Assembly: GCA_963712745.1 (NCBI GenBank)
Contig: CAVQJC010000006.1
Coordinates: forward strand, 32,001 to 96,000
Direction of reading: 5' to 3'
Length of the DNA: 64,000 nt
From: an uncultured Chloroflexia bacterium
Lineage (GTDB): Bacteria; Chloroflexota; Limnocylindria; Limnocylindrales; CSP1-4
The notes under the pieces were generated by a model. That model saw only the letters and a list, made by a program, of their open reading frames with translations, was not told where the DNA came from and ran no database searches. Shown here piece after piece: positions 9,879-20,262 of the stretch (position 1 is the stretch's first letter; every line of letters starts with the position of its first letter). Made by a program: the position numbers and the translations under genes.

Positions 9879-11276
9879 TCAGGCGTGAACACCCTCGTCA
9901 GCCAGGTCAAGCGCGGCGTCGATGATCTCGAAGGCGTCCGCCATCTCGGCTTCGCTGATCGTCAGAGGCGGGTTGGCCTGGATCGTGTTCCAGCGAACGA
10001 GCGCGAAGAGACCGTGATCGCGGAAGTAGCGGGAGACCTGCTTCATCTCCTCGCTGGTGCCGTTGTAGGGTGCCATCGCTTCGAACGTCGTCCGGTCACG
10101 CACGAGTTCGATGACGCCGAAGAGGCCGATGTTGCGGACCGCACCGACGCTCGGGTGCTTCTCCCTGAGGCGAGCGAGGTGGCCACGCATGACCTCGCCC
10201 ATGCGAGCGGCGCGGTCGATGAGGCCATCGTCCTCGTAGACCCCGATGACCGCCAGGGCACAGGCGCAGCCGACCGGATGGCTGTGATACGTGAGGCCAC
10301 CGAAGAAGGGCTCCTCCTGGAACGCGTCGGCCAGCTCGCGGCGCATGGCCACGCAGCCCAGTGGCACGTACGAGGACGTGAGGCCCTTGCCCATGGTCAT
10401 CAGGTCGGGCACGACGTTCCAGTGCTCGACGGCGAACCACTTGCCGGTGCGGCCGAAACCGCTCATGACCTCGTCGGCGATGAGCAGGATGCCGTACTTG
10501 TCGCAGATCTCACGCACGCCCTGCATGTAGCCGTCGGGGGGGATGAGGATGCCGTTAGCCCCCACCACCGGCTCGAGCAGGAAGCCCGCGATGGTGTGCG
10601 GGCCCTCGAACATGATGACCTCCTCGAGGTCGGCCAGGGCGCGATCCACCGGCTCCGGCTCGGGCCGGCCGTAGCGGTGGGCATCGGGCACACGCACGAT
10701 GGCCGCCGCGCCGATCTCGTTGGCCCATCGTCGTGGGTCCCCGGTGGCCACCATGGCCTGGCCCGTGGCACCGTGGTACGAGCGATAGCGGGCCATGATC
10801 TTCTGGCGTCCGGTGGACTGGCGCGCCAGCTTGATGGCCATGTCGTTGGCGACGGCGCCACCGGTGGTGAAGAACATGACGTCGAGGTCGCCCGGCGTCA
10901 GCTGGGCCAGCTTCTGGCCCAGGCGGGCACGTGGCTCGTGGGCCGCATGCGGGTAGGCGTAGGCGAGCTTCTGGGCCTGGGCTGCGATGGCATCGATGAC
11001 ACGCTGGTCGCCGTGGCCGATGTTCACCGACATGGCCTGCGAGTTGAAGTCGAGATAGCGTTTGCCGTCGGCCGAGTAGAAGTAGACGCCCTTGGCCGTC
11101 TCCATGGCGATCGGTTCGGCCGCGTGCTGGGCCACCCACGAGAACATCGTGTGCTTGCGGGTGAGCGCGATCATCTCGTCCGCGCTCATGGTCGGTGGGC
11201 TCGTCTGGGCCCCTGGACTCGGCTCGGGCGGCGGCGTCCGTCCGGCTTCCCTCTCGGATGCGACCGACATCTCCAC
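9879..11276 (-). CDS. Class III PLP-dependent aminotransferase (omega-amino acid/taurine/beta-alanine type)
   Basis: YLDFNSQ, RSYHGAT, LIADEVMSGFGRTG, PDLMTMGKGLTS. Exact start uncertain. Confidence 0.9.
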   Translation of the reverse strand: MEMSVASEREAGRTPPPEPSPGAQTSPPTMSADEMIALTRKHTMFSWVAQHAAEPIAMETAKGVYFYSADGKRYLDFNSQAMSVNIGHGDQRVIDAIAAQAQKLAYAYPHAAHEPRARLGQKLAQLTPGDLDVMFFTTGGAVANDMAIKLARQSTGRQKIMARYRSYHGATGQAMVATGDPRRWANEIGAAAIVRVPDAHRYGRPEPEPVDRALADLEEVIMFEGPHTIAGFLLEPVVGANGILIPPDGYMQGVREICDKYGILLIADEVMSGFGRTGKWFAVEHWNVVPDLMTMGKGLTSSYVPLGCVAMRRELADAFQEEPFFGGLTYHSHPVGCACALAVIGVYEDDGLIDRAARMGEVMRGHLARLREKHPSVGAVRNIGLFGVIELVRDRTTFEAMAPYNGTSEEMKQVSRYFRDHGLFALVRWNTIQANPPLTISEAEMADAFEIIDAALDLADEGVHA

Positions 11277-11376
11277 ACCTCATGCGAGTACGACGGACGC
11301 CAGACGGCGTCTCGGACGACGCGTCCGACCGCGCCAGGTCCGTCGACGTTGAATCTGCCACGAATGCGCCCGGGCG

Positions 11377-12303
11377 TTAGGCAGGATCGGCCAGCCTACG
11401 TCGGTCGGCCAGCCATCCGAGCATCGCCTCGATCACCCGTGGATCGATGGGCCTCTGCACCTGCTTGCCGTAGTGGCGGGGATTCGAGATCGGGCCCGGC
11501 TCGAGGCGCAGGATGTGATCGACGTCCTCGACCTCCACGACCTGGGCATGCGGCGCGGTCTGCGCCACGACGGCGAGGTCGGCAGGGTCGACCTGCACAT
11601 CCTTGGAGCCGGTGATGGCCAGCATCGGCGCGTCTGCCTCACTCAGCGCCGGCCGAGGATCGTAGGCGATGAACTCGCGCATCCACTTGGCGTTCACCTT
11701 GACCAGCTGGATGCGTACGGTGTCGGCCGTGGTCGCCTTGAGCTTGGCGATGGACTTGTCCTGCTGCTGGAGCACGCTCGTCCCGAAGAGCCGCATCAGA
11801 CCCCGGACGGGCCCCGGGACGAGGTGGTCACCGATCTGCCGGGCCTGCCAGCGCAGCGTCTCCTCCCCTGTCTTGGCCGAGTACGCGAGCAGGACCGCAC
11901 CCGCATAGGCAGGCCTGCGGCGCACGAGTTCTACGGAGTGCAGCGCCCCGGCGCTGTGGCCGATGACGACCACGGAGGCCACCTCTGCTCGGTCGAGCAG
12001 CCAGTCAGCGGCCGCCTCGGCATCGACCAGCTCGTCGTAGAAGCCCGCACTCAGGTAGTCGCCTTCCGACGCCCCCACGCCCCGCTTGTCGAAGCGCAGT
12101 GAGGCCCAACCGGCATCGGCCAGCACGGCCGCCAGATCGCGGCCGATGTTCAGCCGGATACGCTTGTGGTTGCCGTCGCGGTCGAGCGGCCCCGAACCCG
12201 ACAGCAGCAGCGCGCCCGGAAAGGGCCCGGACCCGTCGGGCGTCGCGTACGTCCCGGCCAGAGACAACCCGCCGGACGGGAAGTTCACGTCGGTCTCGAT
12301 CAC
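11377..12303 (-). CDS. Alpha/beta-fold hydrolase
   Basis: SGSGPLDRDGN, RFDKRGVG, GHSAG nucleophile elbow, GSKDVQV, DHIL. GTG start follows GGGAGA. Confidence 0.88.
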   Translation of the reverse strand: MIETDVNFPSGGLSLAGTYATPDGSGPFPGALLLSGSGPLDRDGNHKRIRLNIGRDLAAVLADAGWASLRFDKRGVGASEGDYLSAGFYDELVDAEAAADWLLDRAEVASVVVIGHSAGALHSVELVRRRPAYAGAVLLAYSAKTGEETLRWQARQIGDHLVPGPVRGLMRLFGTSVLQQQDKSIAKLKATTADTVRIQLVKVNAKWMREFIAYDPRPALSEADAPMLAITGSKDVQVDPADLAVVAQTAPHAQVVEVEDVDHILRLEPGPISNPRHYGKQVQRPIDPRVIEAMLGWLADRRRLADPA

Positions 12304-12320
12304 GCCATCTCTCCCATTGC

Positions 12321-12334
12321 TCTCATAGTTGAGA
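12321..12334. promoter_or_regulatory. Inverted repeat TCTCA-N4-TGAGA, candidate operator between the divergent hydrolase and HTH genes
   Basis: Palindrome in an AT-rich 70-bp divergent intergenic region. Confidence 0.5.
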
Positions 12335-12373
12335 ATCATACCATATGTGATACCAATGGTGTAGAGTGGATCA

Positions 12374-12919
12374 ATGAGCACGCCCACTGCCGAGATCCTG
12401 CTCCATCCGATCCGCCTGCGGATCGTGCTCGCGCTCGGTACCGAGCGACTGACCACCGGCCAGATCTCCGAGCGCCTGCCCGACATCGCGCATGCCACGC
12501 TCTATCGTCATGTCGCATTGCTCGCAGAAGCCGGCTTGCTGGAGGTCGTCGACGAGCACCGGGTCCGAGGTGGCGTGGAGCGCACGTACACAGCAGTCAG
12601 GGAAGCGGTACAGCTGGGGCCCGAAGACGCGGCGGAGATGTCAGCTGACGAGCTCCTCCGGGGGTTCGTGGTCTTCGCCGGTTCGCTCATCGACACCTTC
12701 GGCCGCTACGTCGAGGATCCGCGGGCACGGCCGGGAGAGGATCTGGTCGGGTACCGGCAGGCCGCGCTCTGGCTCGACGACAGCGAGCGCGCCGAGCTGG
12801 TCAGCCGGCTGCGCTGGGCCATCAAGCCCTATCTCGAGAAGGCTCCGTCATCGGAGCGGAAGAGGGTCCTCCTCAGCACCATCCTCGTCCCCGACCTGGG
12901 CCCGCGCCAGGGGGACTGA
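12374..12919 (+). CDS. ArsR-like winged-HTH transcriptional regulator
   Basis: LLHPIRLRIV...ATLYRHVALLAEAGLLEVV...RGGVERTY. Confidence 0.88.
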   Translation: MSTPTAEILLHPIRLRIVLALGTERLTTGQISERLPDIAHATLYRHVALLAEAGLLEVVDEHRVRGGVERTYTAVREAVQLGPEDAAEMSADELLRGFVVFAGSLIDTFGRYVEDPRARPGEDLVGYRQAALWLDDSERAELVSRLRWAIKPYLEKAPSSERKRVLLSTILVPDLGPRQGD

Positions 12920-13041
12920 CCAGGCATGCGGAGCATCCGACGACTGGACAACGCGGGGTATGCGCGTCACCATCCGCGACCCGGGGGTGAAGTAGCCGGT
13001 GGCGCGTGGCCGATCCGGCGCGTCGCAGCAGGAGTGCCTCG

Positions 13042-13374
13042 ATGCCGCTCTACCTCTACCACCTGGCCTACACGTCAGAGTCCATCGCAGCCCAGCTACG
13101 GGATCCACAGGACCGGCTGGAGGCAGCCGCCCGGCCCGTGGTCGAGAAGGTCGGCGGGCGGCTGCTCGGTGGCGGGTTCTGCTTCGGCGACTACGACGCC
13201 GCCTTCCTGTATGAGGCCCCCGTCGACGAGTCGGCCGCGGCCATCGCGCTTGCGGTCGGCGCCGGCGGTGCGGTGAGGGCTGCACGCACCACCAAGCTCC
13301 TCTCGAGGCCCCAGTGGGTGTCCGCGCTTGCCAAGGCAGGCGAGGTGGCTGGGGTCTACCAGCCCAGGCTCTAG
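13042..13374 (+). CDS. GYD domain-containing protein
   Basis: RBS AGGAG; MPLYL...YT.ES, FCFGDYD, RTTKLL pattern. Confidence 0.8.
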   Translation: MPLYLYHLAYTSESIAAQLRDPQDRLEAAARPVVEKVGGRLLGGGFCFGDYDAAFLYEAPVDESAAAIALAVGAGGAVRAARTTKLLSRPQWVSALAKAGEVAGVYQPRL

Positions 13375-13380
13375 CAGTCC

Positions 13381-14034
13381 ATGGAATGCTGCGAGCCCGG
13401 GGGCTTCGTTTCGCCCTTCGATGAGGACGAGGCGCGCCGAGATCGCGACCGGTACCACAGGCGCGGTCCTGATGACTCGACGCGACTGCTGCTCGAGATG
13501 ATCAAGGAGGCTGGCGTATCGGGCGCGACCGTGCTCGACATCGGCGCCGGCATCGGCGTCATCGACCAGGAGCTGCTGCGTGCCGGCGCCAGCCAGGCCG
13601 TCCTGGTGGAGGCCTCGCGGGCACCTCATGAGGCCTCCCGCGCCGAGGCCGAGGCGGCGGGATTGCTCGATCGGATGGATCTGCGGCTGTGCGACTTCGT
13701 ACGTTGCGCCGATGACGTGCCGCAGGCGGACATCGTCACGCTTGACCGGGTGGTGTGCTGCTATCCGGACTCCGAGGGGCTCATCGCGTCCTCCGCCGCT
13801 CGCGCCGAGAAGCTCCTGGGCCTGGTCCTGCCGCGGGATGACTGGTACGTGCGCTGGTTCATCCGCCTGGGGAACCTGTACTGGCGGCTGCGGCGCAGCG
13901 CGTACCGGGCCTACCGCCTCGACAACGAACAGCTCGACCGACAACTGCAGGCGACCGGCCTGACCATCCGGACCGAGAGGTTCACCTGGCTCTGGCGCGT
14001 GGTCCTCTACGCACGCACCGAAGGCACGTCCTGA
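13381..14034 (+). CDS. Class I SAM-dependent methyltransferase
   Basis: VLDIGAGIG motif I; ADIVTLDRVVCCYPD. Confidence 0.88.
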   Translation: MECCEPGGFVSPFDEDEARRDRDRYHRRGPDDSTRLLLEMIKEAGVSGATVLDIGAGIGVIDQELLRAGASQAVLVEASRAPHEASRAEAEAAGLLDRMDLRLCDFVRCADDVPQADIVTLDRVVCCYPDSEGLIASSAARAEKLLGLVLPRDDWYVRWFIRLGNLYWRLRRSAYRAYRLDNEQLDRQLQATGLTIRTERFTWLWRVVLYARTEGTS

Positions 14035-14048
14035 CGGGACAGGACGGA

Positions 14049-15284
14049 GTGGACGCCGCTGTCAGTCCCGCCGCAGACCGCTGGAAGCAGCTGGTGCTCA
14101 TCGGCATCGCGGAGCTGCTCGCGCTGGCTCCATGGTTCGGTGCCTCGGCCGTCGCACCGAACCTGGTCGACTCGTGGTCCCTGGGTGGCTTCGACCTGCC
14201 CATCCTCACCGTGGCGGTCCAGCTCGGGTTCGTGGCCGGGGCATTGCTCATCGCCCTGACCGGCGCCGCCGATGTCCTGTCGGCGCCGAGGCTCTTCTTC
14301 ATCGGTGCATCGGTGGCGGCCATCGCGAACATCGGCTTCGCGCTGGCCGGCGACTTCCAGGGTGCCCTTCCCTTCCGGGCACTGACGGGCTTCGCCCTGG
14401 CTGCGGTGTACCCCGTGGGCATGAAGCTCATCGTGGGCTGGTTCCGCGTCGATCGAGGACTGGCCATCGGGGCCCTCATCGGCGCGCTCACGGTCGGCTC
14501 TGCGTTGCCCTATCTCTTCCGCGCCGCCGGCACCCTCGCCGATCTCGACTGGCAGTCGGTCGTCGCGGTCTCCAGCTTCTCGGCCGTACTTGGCGGCCTT
14601 CTCGTGCTGGTTGCCGGACGAGATGGACCCTACGACGAACGGGCGGATGGGTTCAGCCTGCGTTCCGCGCGGGCTGCATTCGGCGAACCGACCGTGCGGC
14701 TGGCCAACCTCGGCTATCTGGGTCACATGTGGGAGCTCTATGCCATGTGGACATGGATCCCGGTCTTCCTGCTCGCGAGCTTCGCGGCCGCCGGTGTCGA
14801 CGATCCGGCGGTGGCCAGTCTCGTGGCCTTCGTGGTGGTGGCGCTCGGCGGCGTGGGCTCCATCGTTGCCGGACTGCTGGCAGACCGTCTTGGCCGGACT
14901 ACCCTGACCATCGCGGCCATGGCGCTCAGCGGAACCGCAGCCGTGGTCACTGCGCTCACGTTCGGGGCAGAACCGCTGCTCACCACGGTCGTAGCCATCG
15001 TCTGGGGTGTGACCGTCGTGGCTGACTCCGCGCAGTTCTCGGCCGCGGTCACCGAGCTGACGCCGCCGGGGACGGCCGGCTCCGCGCTCACGCTGCAGAC
15101 TGCGGCCGGGTTCACGCTCACTGGCGTCACCATCCTGTTGGTGGGGTTGGCAGCCACGGCCGGCGGTGATGCCTGGCGCCAGGCCTTCATGACCTTGGCG
15201 CTGGGCCCGGCGGTGGGCATCCTTGCCATGTGGCGGCTGCGCCGACGTCCAGAAGCGACGAGGATGGCGTCAGGCAACCGTTAG
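14049..15284 (+). CDS. MFS transporter
   Basis: About 12 hydrophobic segments; GLLADRLGR motif A; GYLGHMWELYAMW. Confidence 0.9.
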   Translation: MDAAVSPAADRWKQLVLIGIAELLALAPWFGASAVAPNLVDSWSLGGFDLPILTVAVQLGFVAGALLIALTGAADVLSAPRLFFIGASVAAIANIGFALAGDFQGALPFRALTGFALAAVYPVGMKLIVGWFRVDRGLAIGALIGALTVGSALPYLFRAAGTLADLDWQSVVAVSSFSAVLGGLLVLVAGRDGPYDERADGFSLRSARAAFGEPTVRLANLGYLGHMWELYAMWTWIPVFLLASFAAAGVDDPAVASLVAFVVVALGGVGSIVAGLLADRLGRTTLTIAAMALSGTAAVVTALTFGAEPLLTTVVAIVWGVTVVADSAQFSAAVTELTPPGTAGSALTLQTAAGFTLTGVTILLVGLAATAGGDAWRQAFMTLALGPAVGILAMWRLRRRPEATRMASGNR

Positions 15285-15373
15285 CCAGGCGCCCCGGGCA
15301 TGTCTGTCGATCTGGTGCGGTCCGTACCATGTAGCATGCGCCCCTCGGGAGACCCTGAGGGAGGCCCGAGCCC

Positions 15374-15556
15374 GTGAGAGCGACCGTCGACCTGATGCTG
15401 GCGATCTTCTGCATCGGCACCGACATGTCCGTCGTGGCCGCGCTCATCCCGGAGATGGCACGGGACCTGGGGGAGTCCGTGCCGGCACCGGACATGCTCG
15501 TCAGCGCCTGTACCCTGCTTGCGGTGGACTGTGTGGCGGAATGCGCACCGGTATGA
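15374..15556 (+). pseudogene. Degenerate N-terminal remnant of a DHA1-type MFS exporter
   Basis: LAIFCIGTDMSVVAALIPEMARDLGESVP resembles TM1 and loop of PbuE/NepI-type MFS proteins; stops after 60 aa. Confidence 0.55.
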
Positions 15557-15587
15557 GAACGAGACCTGTCACGAACGGAGCGACTCC

Positions 15588-15896
15588 ATGAGCACTATCG
15601 GAAACAGTTCGCGCAGTCTCACCTCACAGGTGACCGGGGCAAGCTCGGGTTGCTCGCATCTCGACCAGGCCCGCGATGTGGAGCCCAGGACCGTTGGTTG
15701 CGAGGAGTGCCTCGCGACAGGGGGGCAGTGGGTCCACCTTCGCCTCTGCCTCTGGTGCGGACACGTGGGCTGCTGCGACCAGTCGGAGGGCCGGCACGCC
15801 TTCCACCATTTCGAAGAGACCGGCCACGCCATCATCCGCTCGCATGAGCCAGGGGAGGTCTGGGCCTGGTGCTGGATCGACGAGATCGAGGTCTAG
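15588..15896 (+). CDS. Stand-alone UBP-type zinc finger protein
   Basis: CSH...CEEC...WVHLRLCLWCGHVGCCDQS...HAFHH...EPGEVWAWCW. Confidence 0.88.
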   Translation: MSTIGNSSRSLTSQVTGASSGCSHLDQARDVEPRTVGCEECLATGGQWVHLRLCLWCGHVGCCDQSEGRHAFHHFEETGHAIIRSHEPGEVWAWCWIDEIEV

Positions 15897-15972
15897 CGCA
15901 AGCGCGCCTTCTCACCCACCGGACCGACACGCCGTGAGCGTGAGAGCACGGATGCTGGCAGGCTAGACAGCC

Positions 15973-17448
15973 ATGCGACCGATCCTGGCCGGCCTCATCG
16001 TCTTCGGTACCAGCGCTGCGGTCCTGGCCCTGGAGATCCTGGCGGTGCGGCTGCTGGCGCCCCACCTGGGTATCACGCTCGAGGTCACGACCGGGGTCAT
16101 CGGCACCGTCCTGGCCGGCATCGCGCTTGGCACCTGGCTGGGAGGGCGCCTGGCCGACCGGGTCGACCCACGTCGGCTGCTGGGCCCCATCCTCGTCGTC
16201 GGCGGAGTGCTGGCGCTGGCGGTGATCCCCATGATCAGCCTGGCTTCCAGGACGGGTGTCGGCCCCAGCCCGCAGGGCATCCTCATCTACGCAGGCGCTG
16301 CCTTCTTCCTGCCCGCCGCCGTCCTCTCGGCGGCCAGCCCGACCGTGGTCAAGCTGCAGTTGCACCACCTTGGGCAGACCGGCGCGATCGTGGGCAGCTA
16401 CTCGGCCATCGGCACGACCGGTGCCATCGTGGGTTCGTTCCTGACCGGTTTCGTGCTCGTGGCTGCCGTCCCCACCAGACCCATCGTGGTGGGCATCGGC
16501 CTGGCGCTGATCGCAGCCGGGCTGGTCATCGCCTGGCGGCTGGGTCGGGCGAATGGCAGCGTGCTGCTGGTCGTCGGGCTCACCGTCGCGGCCGCCTCCG
16601 CCGCGTGGGCCGTGGCTTCACCCGAGCCCTGCCAGCGCGAGAGCGCCTACTTCTGCATCAGTGTCGAGGAAGTATCGGCCGACGGCACCGAGCGGGTCCT
16701 GCGCATGGACACCCTGCGTCACGCCTACGTGGACCTGGACGACCCTACCCACCTCGAGTTCCAGTACACCCGGCTGCTGGGCGACATCGCCGACGCCGCC
16801 GCCCCTGTGTCCCAGCCCATCTCGGCGCTGCACGTGGGCGGAGGAGGGTTCACGCTGCCGCACTACATCGACGCGACCAGGCCGGGCTCGGTGAATCGCG
16901 TCCTGGAGCTCGATCCGGTCGTGCTCGACGTGGCGCAGGAGCAGCTGGGCCTGGTGCTCTCGGACGAGCTCAGCGTGGTCGTCGGTGATGCGCGCCTGAG
17001 CCTGGCCGATGAGCCCTCGGATACCTACGACCTGGTCATCGGCGACGCGTTCGGAGGACCGGCCGTGCCGTGGCACCTGACCACGATGGAATTCGTGTCG
17101 GAGGTGGGCCGGACCTTGCAGCCCGGGGGGATCTACGCGGCCAACATCATCGACTACCCGCCACTCGAGCTGGCCCGTGCCCAGCTGGCCACGTTCGCCA
17201 GCGTCTTCCACCACGTTGGCGTCTACGGGCCGGCGACACGCGTCGAGGGCACCAGCGGCGGCAACCTCATCCTGCTCGCATCGGACCAGCCGCTTCCCGA
17301 GGGTGCGCTCCTCGAAGCCAACCGGGCCCGTGGAGGTACCGATCGACTCACGGACGCGGACTCGGAGGTGGCCGAGTTCACGCGGGGTTCCCCCATCCTG
17401 CGCGACGACTTCGCACCGACCGACCAGTTGCTCACCCGCTTCAGCTAG
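15973..17448 (+). CDS. Fused MFS-like membrane domain / spermidine synthase-like methyltransferase
   Basis: N-terminal TM helices (LEILAVRLLAP); C-terminal LHVGGGG, ELDPVV, GDAR, DLVIGDAF, HLTT.EF. Confidence 0.87.
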   Translation: MRPILAGLIVFGTSAAVLALEILAVRLLAPHLGITLEVTTGVIGTVLAGIALGTWLGGRLADRVDPRRLLGPILVVGGVLALAVIPMISLASRTGVGPSPQGILIYAGAAFFLPAAVLSAASPTVVKLQLHHLGQTGAIVGSYSAIGTTGAIVGSFLTGFVLVAAVPTRPIVVGIGLALIAAGLVIAWRLGRANGSVLLVVGLTVAAASAAWAVASPEPCQRESAYFCISVEEVSADGTERVLRMDTLRHAYVDLDDPTHLEFQYTRLLGDIADAAAPVSQPISALHVGGGGFTLPHYIDATRPGSVNRVLELDPVVLDVAQEQLGLVLSDELSVVVGDARLSLADEPSDTYDLVIGDAFGGPAVPWHLTTMEFVSEVGRTLQPGGIYAANIIDYPPLELARAQLATFASVFHHVGVYGPATRVEGTSGGNLILLASDQPLPEGALLEANRARGGTDRLTDADSEVAEFTRGSPILRDDFAPTDQLLTRFS

Positions 17449-17513
17449 CGGCTGCCGCGCGAGAACCCCGCGTCACAGGCACATCGGCGGGTTCCGGTTA
17501 CTCTGCGCGGGCG

Positions 17514-18677
17514 ATGTCAGATACCCCCGGTTTCGATCCATACGAGATCCTCGGCGTCGGCATCGATGCGGACGAGATCAGCATCCAGCTCGCGTATCGG
17601 GTCCGCATCCGTGAGGCACACCCGGATATCGCGGGGACGGCCGGTCTGGAGACGACGAAACGCCTCAACATCGCCCGCGACTGGCTGCTGGACTCGGAGC
17701 TTCGGGCACGCCTGTCCAGGAACCGGCCGGCCGTGACCCGGCCCGATGCTCGTGGGGCGGCGGGCGGACCTCGGCCGTGGAGCCCAGCCAGACGGCGCGG
17801 TCGGCGGGCCGGTGGCGCCGGCCCGGTCGACCTCGATCCTGAAACCTCGGACTTCGGCCCCCACACCGGCAAGCTGCGTGCCTTCCTCCGCGCTGCCGAG
17901 TCGCTGACGGCCGACGAGCGAGCGCGAGTCAACTACAGCCTCGGAGAGGCTCGGCCCGCCGACCTCGAAGGCTACCTCGACCATCTCGAGCCGCAGCTCT
18001 GGATGCGCTCGCGGGCCCTGCGATCCGCGCTCGAACGCCGTTGGAGGCGAGGGTCGGACGAGGAGGCACCGAACGTCCCGCGGCTCGGTCGGCTCCTGCC
18101 CACGGGCTTCCTGGCGGCCAACGCCTACGCCCAGTGGATCCTGCTGGGAGACTTCTTCCGAGAGTCGCTCGCGGGCATGGTCATCGGTGGCCGGGACGTG
18201 GCCGGCTCGCTGGCCGCGGGATGCATGGCTCCCTGGGACGCGTCCGTCGGCCAGCCCCGCTACGGTCCCCGGCAGCCCGACGTGCTCGCCTTCTTCGGGG
18301 TCGCCCGCGCCCTCCCGGTGGGTGCCGCTGAGCGACTCGCTGGCTCCTGGCGTCGCCAGCTGGGACGCGATGGGCGTGGTCATCCGTCGGAACACATCGG
18401 GCCCGGCGTGTGGCTGCCGGCTCCGCCCAACTACCCCGACGTGCTCAAGGTCAGTGGCTTCCTCGCAGCCGTGGACGCCTCACGCATCGAGCCCCCCGGG
18501 GGCCTCGACGAGCGACACCATGCCGGGTTCACCTTCGGACTGCGGCTGACCGCCCACGTCCTGGCGCTGGGCCTGGTCAACGACCCCTCGCGCGACTACC
18601 TGCGCCCCTGGCGAGACGCGCTCGATGCGGACCCGTCGCGTTGGAGTCAGCTGCGCTGGCAGATGCCGACGGGCTGA
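17514..18677 (+). CDS. DnaJ (J-domain) protein with unknown C-terminal region
   Basis: DPYEILGV...AYR..IREAHPD...LNIARDWL J-domain. Confidence 0.8.
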   Translation: MSDTPGFDPYEILGVGIDADEISIQLAYRVRIREAHPDIAGTAGLETTKRLNIARDWLLDSELRARLSRNRPAVTRPDARGAAGGPRPWSPARRRGRRAGGAGPVDLDPETSDFGPHTGKLRAFLRAAESLTADERARVNYSLGEARPADLEGYLDHLEPQLWMRSRALRSALERRWRRGSDEEAPNVPRLGRLLPTGFLAANAYAQWILLGDFFRESLAGMVIGGRDVAGSLAAGCMAPWDASVGQPRYGPRQPDVLAFFGVARALPVGAAERLAGSWRRQLGRDGRGHPSEHIGPGVWLPAPPNYPDVLKVSGFLAAVDASRIEPPGGLDERHHAGFTFGLRLTAHVLALGLVNDPSRDYLRPWRDALDADPSRWSQLRWQMPTG

Positions 18678-18745
18678 CACCGACCCAGGGCGGGCGTCGT
18701 GCGATCATCTGTCGCCGGCGCCGGGGCGCTAGTGTGTGCGGCAAC

Positions 18746-20262
18746 ATGGACCGACGAGCTGAGATGAACGTGATCGAGCTCGAGGATCGACTCGCGGCGC
18801 TGGAGTCGGCGAGAGCGTGGAGTCCCAGGGTCGTGTCTCGCCTCGAGTCACGGATCCACGACCGTGACGACCTGGCGCTCTTCCGCATCAACCCGCTGGC
18901 CTACGCCGCGGAAAGCGGGGCCCAGGAGACCGAGGCGGTCGACCTCTTCCTGCATGCGGCCCATGTCGGCCTCTTCGAGATGGAGTGGAACATCGTCTGC
19001 GCGTCGTGCGGCAACACGGCGCGCAGCTTTCGCAGCCTCGAGAAGATGGACTCGCACTTCGACTGCTCGTTGTGCCAGTTCGAGGTCGCGGCCGAGCTCG
19101 ACGACTACATCCAGGTCGCGTTCACCATCGCACCGAGCGTGCGCCGCATCGTCTACCACGAGCCCTCGTCCCTGGAAGTGACGGAGCTCCTCTTCGACTG
19201 GCACTTCAGCCATGATGTCCGCCCCACCATCGACGGCAAGACCTACCCCCAGCTGCTGCGCGAATGGACCCGCTACGCGGGATACCTCGCGGCCGGCGAG
19301 GTCTTGCAGCTCGAGCTGGAGCTGCAACCCGACGCCGTCAGCGTGCGGGATGTGCTCCACGCAGCGACGGCACTGTACATGGTGCCGCCGGCCGAATCTG
19401 GTGAGGAGACGACCAGGGTGGAGCTGTCGTTGAGCGACGGGCGGCTGGTCGACGCTGATCGCGCGCTCGAGCCCCTGACCTACAAGTTCGCCAACGACAC
19501 CGGGCAGCGATATCACTTCCCCGGTGCAGCGACGTTGCCGGCCGGATCCTCGGTGCTGCGCATCACGAACGACATGACCGAGCGCGCCGCCATCTGGGTG
19601 CACGAGTACCCGGCCATCCCCGAGGAGTTCCGGCCGGTCCAGTTCGAGCCGGTCCTCACCGCCAGGCGCTTGCTTAGCACCCAGACGTTCCGGACCCTCT
19701 TCCGCTCACAGACCCTGGCCACCTCGGAGAGCCTGGCGGTCACGGACCTGACCTTCCTGTTCACGGACCTGAGCGACTCGACGCGGATGTACGACCTGGT
19801 CGGGGACGCCACGGCCTACAACCTGGTGCGGCGTCACTTCGACGCCCTTGAAACGGTCATCGCAACGCACGGTGGCGCCATCGTCAAGACGATCGGCGAT
19901 GCCATCATGGCGACCTTCACCGACGCGGCCTCCAGCGTGCGCGCCGCCATCGGCATGAACGACCGCCTCGACGAGTTCGACCGCACCGCCTCCGCCGACC
20001 TGGTGATCAAGGTCGGGCTGCATCGCGGACATGCCATCGCCGTGACCTCCAACGAGCAGATCGATTACTTCGGCCAGACCGTCAACATCGCGGCGCGCAT
20101 CCAGGGACTGGCCGATTCGCGAAGATCTGCCTGAGCGAGGATGTCTACACCGCGGACGGCGTGGCGGACCTGCTGGCGGGGATGTCTGCCGAGCGTGAGG
20201 CCGGCGTGATGAAGGGCGTTGCCGAGGCCATCCCGGTCTACCGAGTCCGGCTGTCCCCTTGA
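18746..20262 (+). CDS. Class III adenylate cyclase with N-terminal DUF5939-like domain; frameshift near 20120
   Basis: FTDLSDST, VKTIGDAIMA, KVGLHRG, DYFGQTVNIAARIQ. The expected C-terminus KICLSEDVY...MKGVAEAIPVYRV is in another frame ending at TGA 20262. Confidence 0.85.

Noticed and set aside
11288-11345. Nested hairpins upstream of the aminotransferase as a riboswitch
   Set aside because: The stems are real (GACGGAC/GTCCGTC, TCGGACG/CGTCCGA), but I cannot match a known aptamer on the sense strand and GC-rich stems arise by chance. An Rfam/Infernal search would decide.
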